In this document: piece by piece, positions 50,052-52,912 of the stretch
Position numbering within the stretch: position 1 is the stretch's first letter
Layout: each line of letters opens with the position of its first letter
Source: Octopus bimaculoides
Lineage: Eukaryota
DNA length: 52,912 nucleotides
NCBI RefSeq assembly: GCF_001194135.2
Contig: NC_068983.1
Location: forward strand, 20,861,412 to 20,914,323
Direction of reading: 5' to 3'
Position numbers and translations under genes: made by a program
Notes under the pieces: generated by a model
The model's database searches: none
The model's input: the letters and a program-made list of their open reading frames with translations, nothing else
What the model was told of the DNA's origin: nothing

Positions 50052-50411
50052 CAGGAGTGGCTGTGTGGTAAGAAGCTTGCTTCCCAACCACATGGTTCCG
50101 GGTTTAGTCCCACTGCCTGGCACTTGAGCAAGTATCTTCTACTATAGCCTCGGACCGACCAAGAAGCCTATCGTATATATATGGATGGATATATTTGTGT
50201 GTTTGTTTTTGCCCCTTCACCCTCCACCACCATCAGCACTTAACAACCGATGTTGGTGTGTTTAAGTCCCCGTAAGTTAGCGGTTCTGCAATAAGGTGAC
50301 CGAGAGAATACGTGCTAGGCTTACAAAGATTAAGTCCTAGGGTCGATTTGTTCGACTAAAAGCGGTGCTCCAGAATGGCCACAGTCAAATGACTAAAACA
50401 AGTAAAAGAGT
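50052..50411 (+). mobile_element. SINE family A with a ~35-40-bp internal deletion
   Basis: Head CAGGAGTGGCTGTGTGGTAAG and tail AATGACTAAAACAAGTAAAAGAG. The sequence jumps from GACC to AAGAAGCC, with AAG microhomology at the junction. Confidence 0.9.
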
Positions 50412-50459
50412 ATATATAGGCACATGCATCATAGACTCACATATAAGTACACATATCAG

Positions 50460-51360
50460 AGTCGGTTCCAGCTTGTATCCGAGCACTGGGTTCCTCAGTT
50501 TCTATCTAGTCTCTTCGGCAGATGCTCCTGCCGAATGAGACTTTGGCGTCCAGTCGGTGTTGAAAGAGTCGTGGGAAGAATTTGCATGGGATGGTCGCTG
50601 CAGGTCGAGGATATTGAAGACGCTCCTTTCTTCTCTTGCTGTTTACCTCCTCATTCTGTTGTCTGTTCTGCTCGAAAAAGCTAGGTCCATTGCGGATAGC
50701 AGTCCTCCAAGTTGTCCTATCCATGGCAATCTGTTCCCACGAGGATGGCTGGATGTTAGTTTGAGCCAGTTTCTGTTTGAGCTGGTCTTTAAAACGGAAT
50801 TTCAGGCCTCCTCTGGGTCTTGTTTCGATTGCAAGTTTTCCCTAGAGCATGATCCCAGAGACGATGGCGAAGAATGGTCGCTTCGACGCTTGGTAGTGAG
50901 GCGCGGCGAAGAACCTCATTGTTGGTAGTATGATCTTCCCATCGAATATTGAGGATGTGTCGCAGCTTGGGTAGCTGGAAGCATTCAAGGCGCTTGAAGT
51001 CACGGCGGTATAGCGTCCATGTCTCACAAGCGCAGAGAGAAGATGACAGGACAACAGCACTGAAAATTATGATCTTTGTCCGGACGGTGAGCGCATGATT
51101 GAAAAATACACGTTGGCTGAGTCTACCGAAAGCGGAGCGGCCCGCCTTGAACCGGTTCTCCAAGTCCCTTTCACAAGTGGAACCATCGAAAGAATACTCC
51201 CAAGGTATGAGAAGTGTTCAACTTCTTCTAGGGGTTGGCCGTTGAAGCTAATGTTCGTGGGTAGCCTGTTCTGGCTTGGTGCAGGTTGGATCAGGGTCTT
51301 GGTCTGTAATATGTTTACCTGCATCCCGAAGCGTTCATAAGGCTCGTGTAAAGAGCGGCT
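50460..51360 (-). mobile_element. 5'-truncated RTE-clade LINE (RT C-terminus to ORF end), frameshifted
   Basis: LFTRA/YERFGMQVNILQTK...EVEHFSYLGSILS / AGRSAFGRLSQRVF...CETWTLYRRDFKRLECFQLPKLRHILNIRWEDHTTNNEVLRRASLPSVEATILRHRL / RPRGGLKFRFKDQLK...WEQIAMDRTTWR...TIPCKFFPRLF*. These are hallmark RTE/BovB-type motifs; stop at 50506-50508. Confidence 0.9.
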
Positions 51361-51599
51361 GCCCATGGTGGTGGGACGGTGGGGTGGTTGTGTTCGTCGT
51401 CGTATCACTGTTATTAGCATAAGTAGTAGTTGTACTATTAGTATTAACATTCGTTTCAGCCGTACTCTGACCTCTTCCGGAATCGGGGATATTTCTATCC
51501 TGGTTTATGCTGGTGATATTGCTAGGGTTTCGAGTGTGGTATATGCTATTATGGTCCGTGATTGTGTTGCCGCTGCATTGGTCAATGTCATGATTTTAC

Positions 51600-51644
<45 letters not shown>

Positions 51645-52321
51645 TGTGAGAGAGAAAGAGCGATATTTGTATGTAAACAAATTTGTATGTGTTCGTTGAA
51701 AATATAACGGAATTGGATTACAAACATATCGAGTATTTTAACTAAAATGCAAATCTAACCTTGATTACCAAGACACAAATACGTTTGGCAATTCTATCAA
51801 AGCTACGACAATTCAGTGTGGAAAATGCGTTTTGGCTATAGAATAAGCTAAGAATTTAACGAAAAACTAAGAAGGGATATAGCTTGTCGCAGCTAACTAC
51901 ATTCGGTTGCTATGAGACAGAAAGCTTCTGTAATTACACAATCTCTGAGAAGAATGAAAAGTTATGATGGAATAAGAAAACCATGAAGGAGGGACAGAGC
52001 AATGATGAGATAATGTTAAGATGCATAGTGAAATTTTCATTGTTATTGCATTTTGATGTCAGAATAAACGAGGATTTCCCTGCACTTAAAAACTGCATAC
52101 ATCTCATTATTGAAACAATTTCGTGTAAGAGTGGTAAACAAACGATACTACAATAGTGTGGTGAATGTGCAGCTACGTGATGTATATGCATTTTAAAGGA
52201 AAGTGTACCAGTAAATATATCTACTTACATATATATGTTCATGCATACACATACACACCACACACACGCATATTCCAACATACATATACGTATATGCATA
52301 TATATATATATATATATATAT

Positions 52322-52380
<59 letters not shown>

Positions 52381-52649
52381 TAGGGCAGGGAATCGTCAGT
52401 TAGTAATAAAATTAATAATTAACAATTTTGCCAATTAGTTCAGTATGAAAAAACCTTTATCGGTAAAACCATTTATAATCATAAATATACAGGGATTAGC
52501 CTGAGTGACGCACATAGAATAGATTTTTTGGAGTGAAATGTTTTGAACTCACTAGCCGATACATTTGTAAGTGCCTGCCTCACGTGGTCTTGATGTCGCA
52601 TGGTCAAAATTGACATGAGTTTATCAGACACTTTCAGATTTATTAGAAT

Positions 52650-52712
52650 ATTGAGGCTGAAGAGCGGAATAGGGTAACTCCATACCATTAACCGTGAAAC
52701 GTCGTACCCAAT
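52650..52712 (+). ncRNA. Near-intact type I hammerhead ribozyme motif
   Basis: ATTGAGG | CTGAAGA | GCGG-24 nt-CCGT | GAAA | C GTC G | T A | CCCAAT. All catalytic core nucleotides are present; NUH = GUA; stem I is 6 bp with one bulged A; stem II closes G-U and has an inner GGTA/TACC helix; stem III ACGTCGT is near-palindromic. Confidence 0.7.
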
Positions 52713-52912
52713 TAACTAAAGGCAGGTTTGTTTTTGCTTTTCTCTTCTGTTTTTTTGTTCTGTGTGTGCCATAAATATCGTCATCTGTTAGAGAAAAAAT
52801 TTGTAGTTTGGAATCAGTAGTTCTTTGACTGCTATTTCTAAATTTTCAGTATGTTGGAGAAGTAACTCAAGCTAATCCCTGTATATTTATGATTATATAT
52901 ATATATATATAT

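Overview
AT-rich, microsatellite-dense animal genomic DNA from a gapped assembly. There are 13 N-gaps, most flanked by (TA)n or (TAT)n. The repeat families look like those of Octopus (coleoid cephalopod); this is my recognition, not a database result. I can support only one host coding segment: a 413-codon terminal exon (2639-3880, +) encoding a disordered Tyr/Pro-rich tail with duplicated YEYP-polyproline modules and SH2/SH3/EVH1-type motifs. Its upstream exons are not identifiable here. The rest is non-coding and layered with transposons: at least four tRNA-derived SINE families (called A, B, C and E here, several with target-site duplications), a ~0.5-kb (TAA)n-associated element (family D), a Tc1/mariner-type MITE with an internal tandem duplication, and decayed L1/Tx1 (ORF1 with zinc knuckle, ORF2), R4/Dong-like, RTE and Penelope (GIY-YIG) remnants. 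The most interesting signals are a near-intact type I hammerhead ribozyme motif (52650-52712), five decayed hammerhead-like motifs (two same-strand pairs ~340 and ~410 nt apart), and a perfect 25-bp inverted repeat forming a 69-nt pre-miRNA-sized hairpin (24618-24686) inside one pair. No rRNA, genuine tRNA or CRISPR array was seen. Most ORFs in the supplied track are artefacts of gaps or microsatellites.
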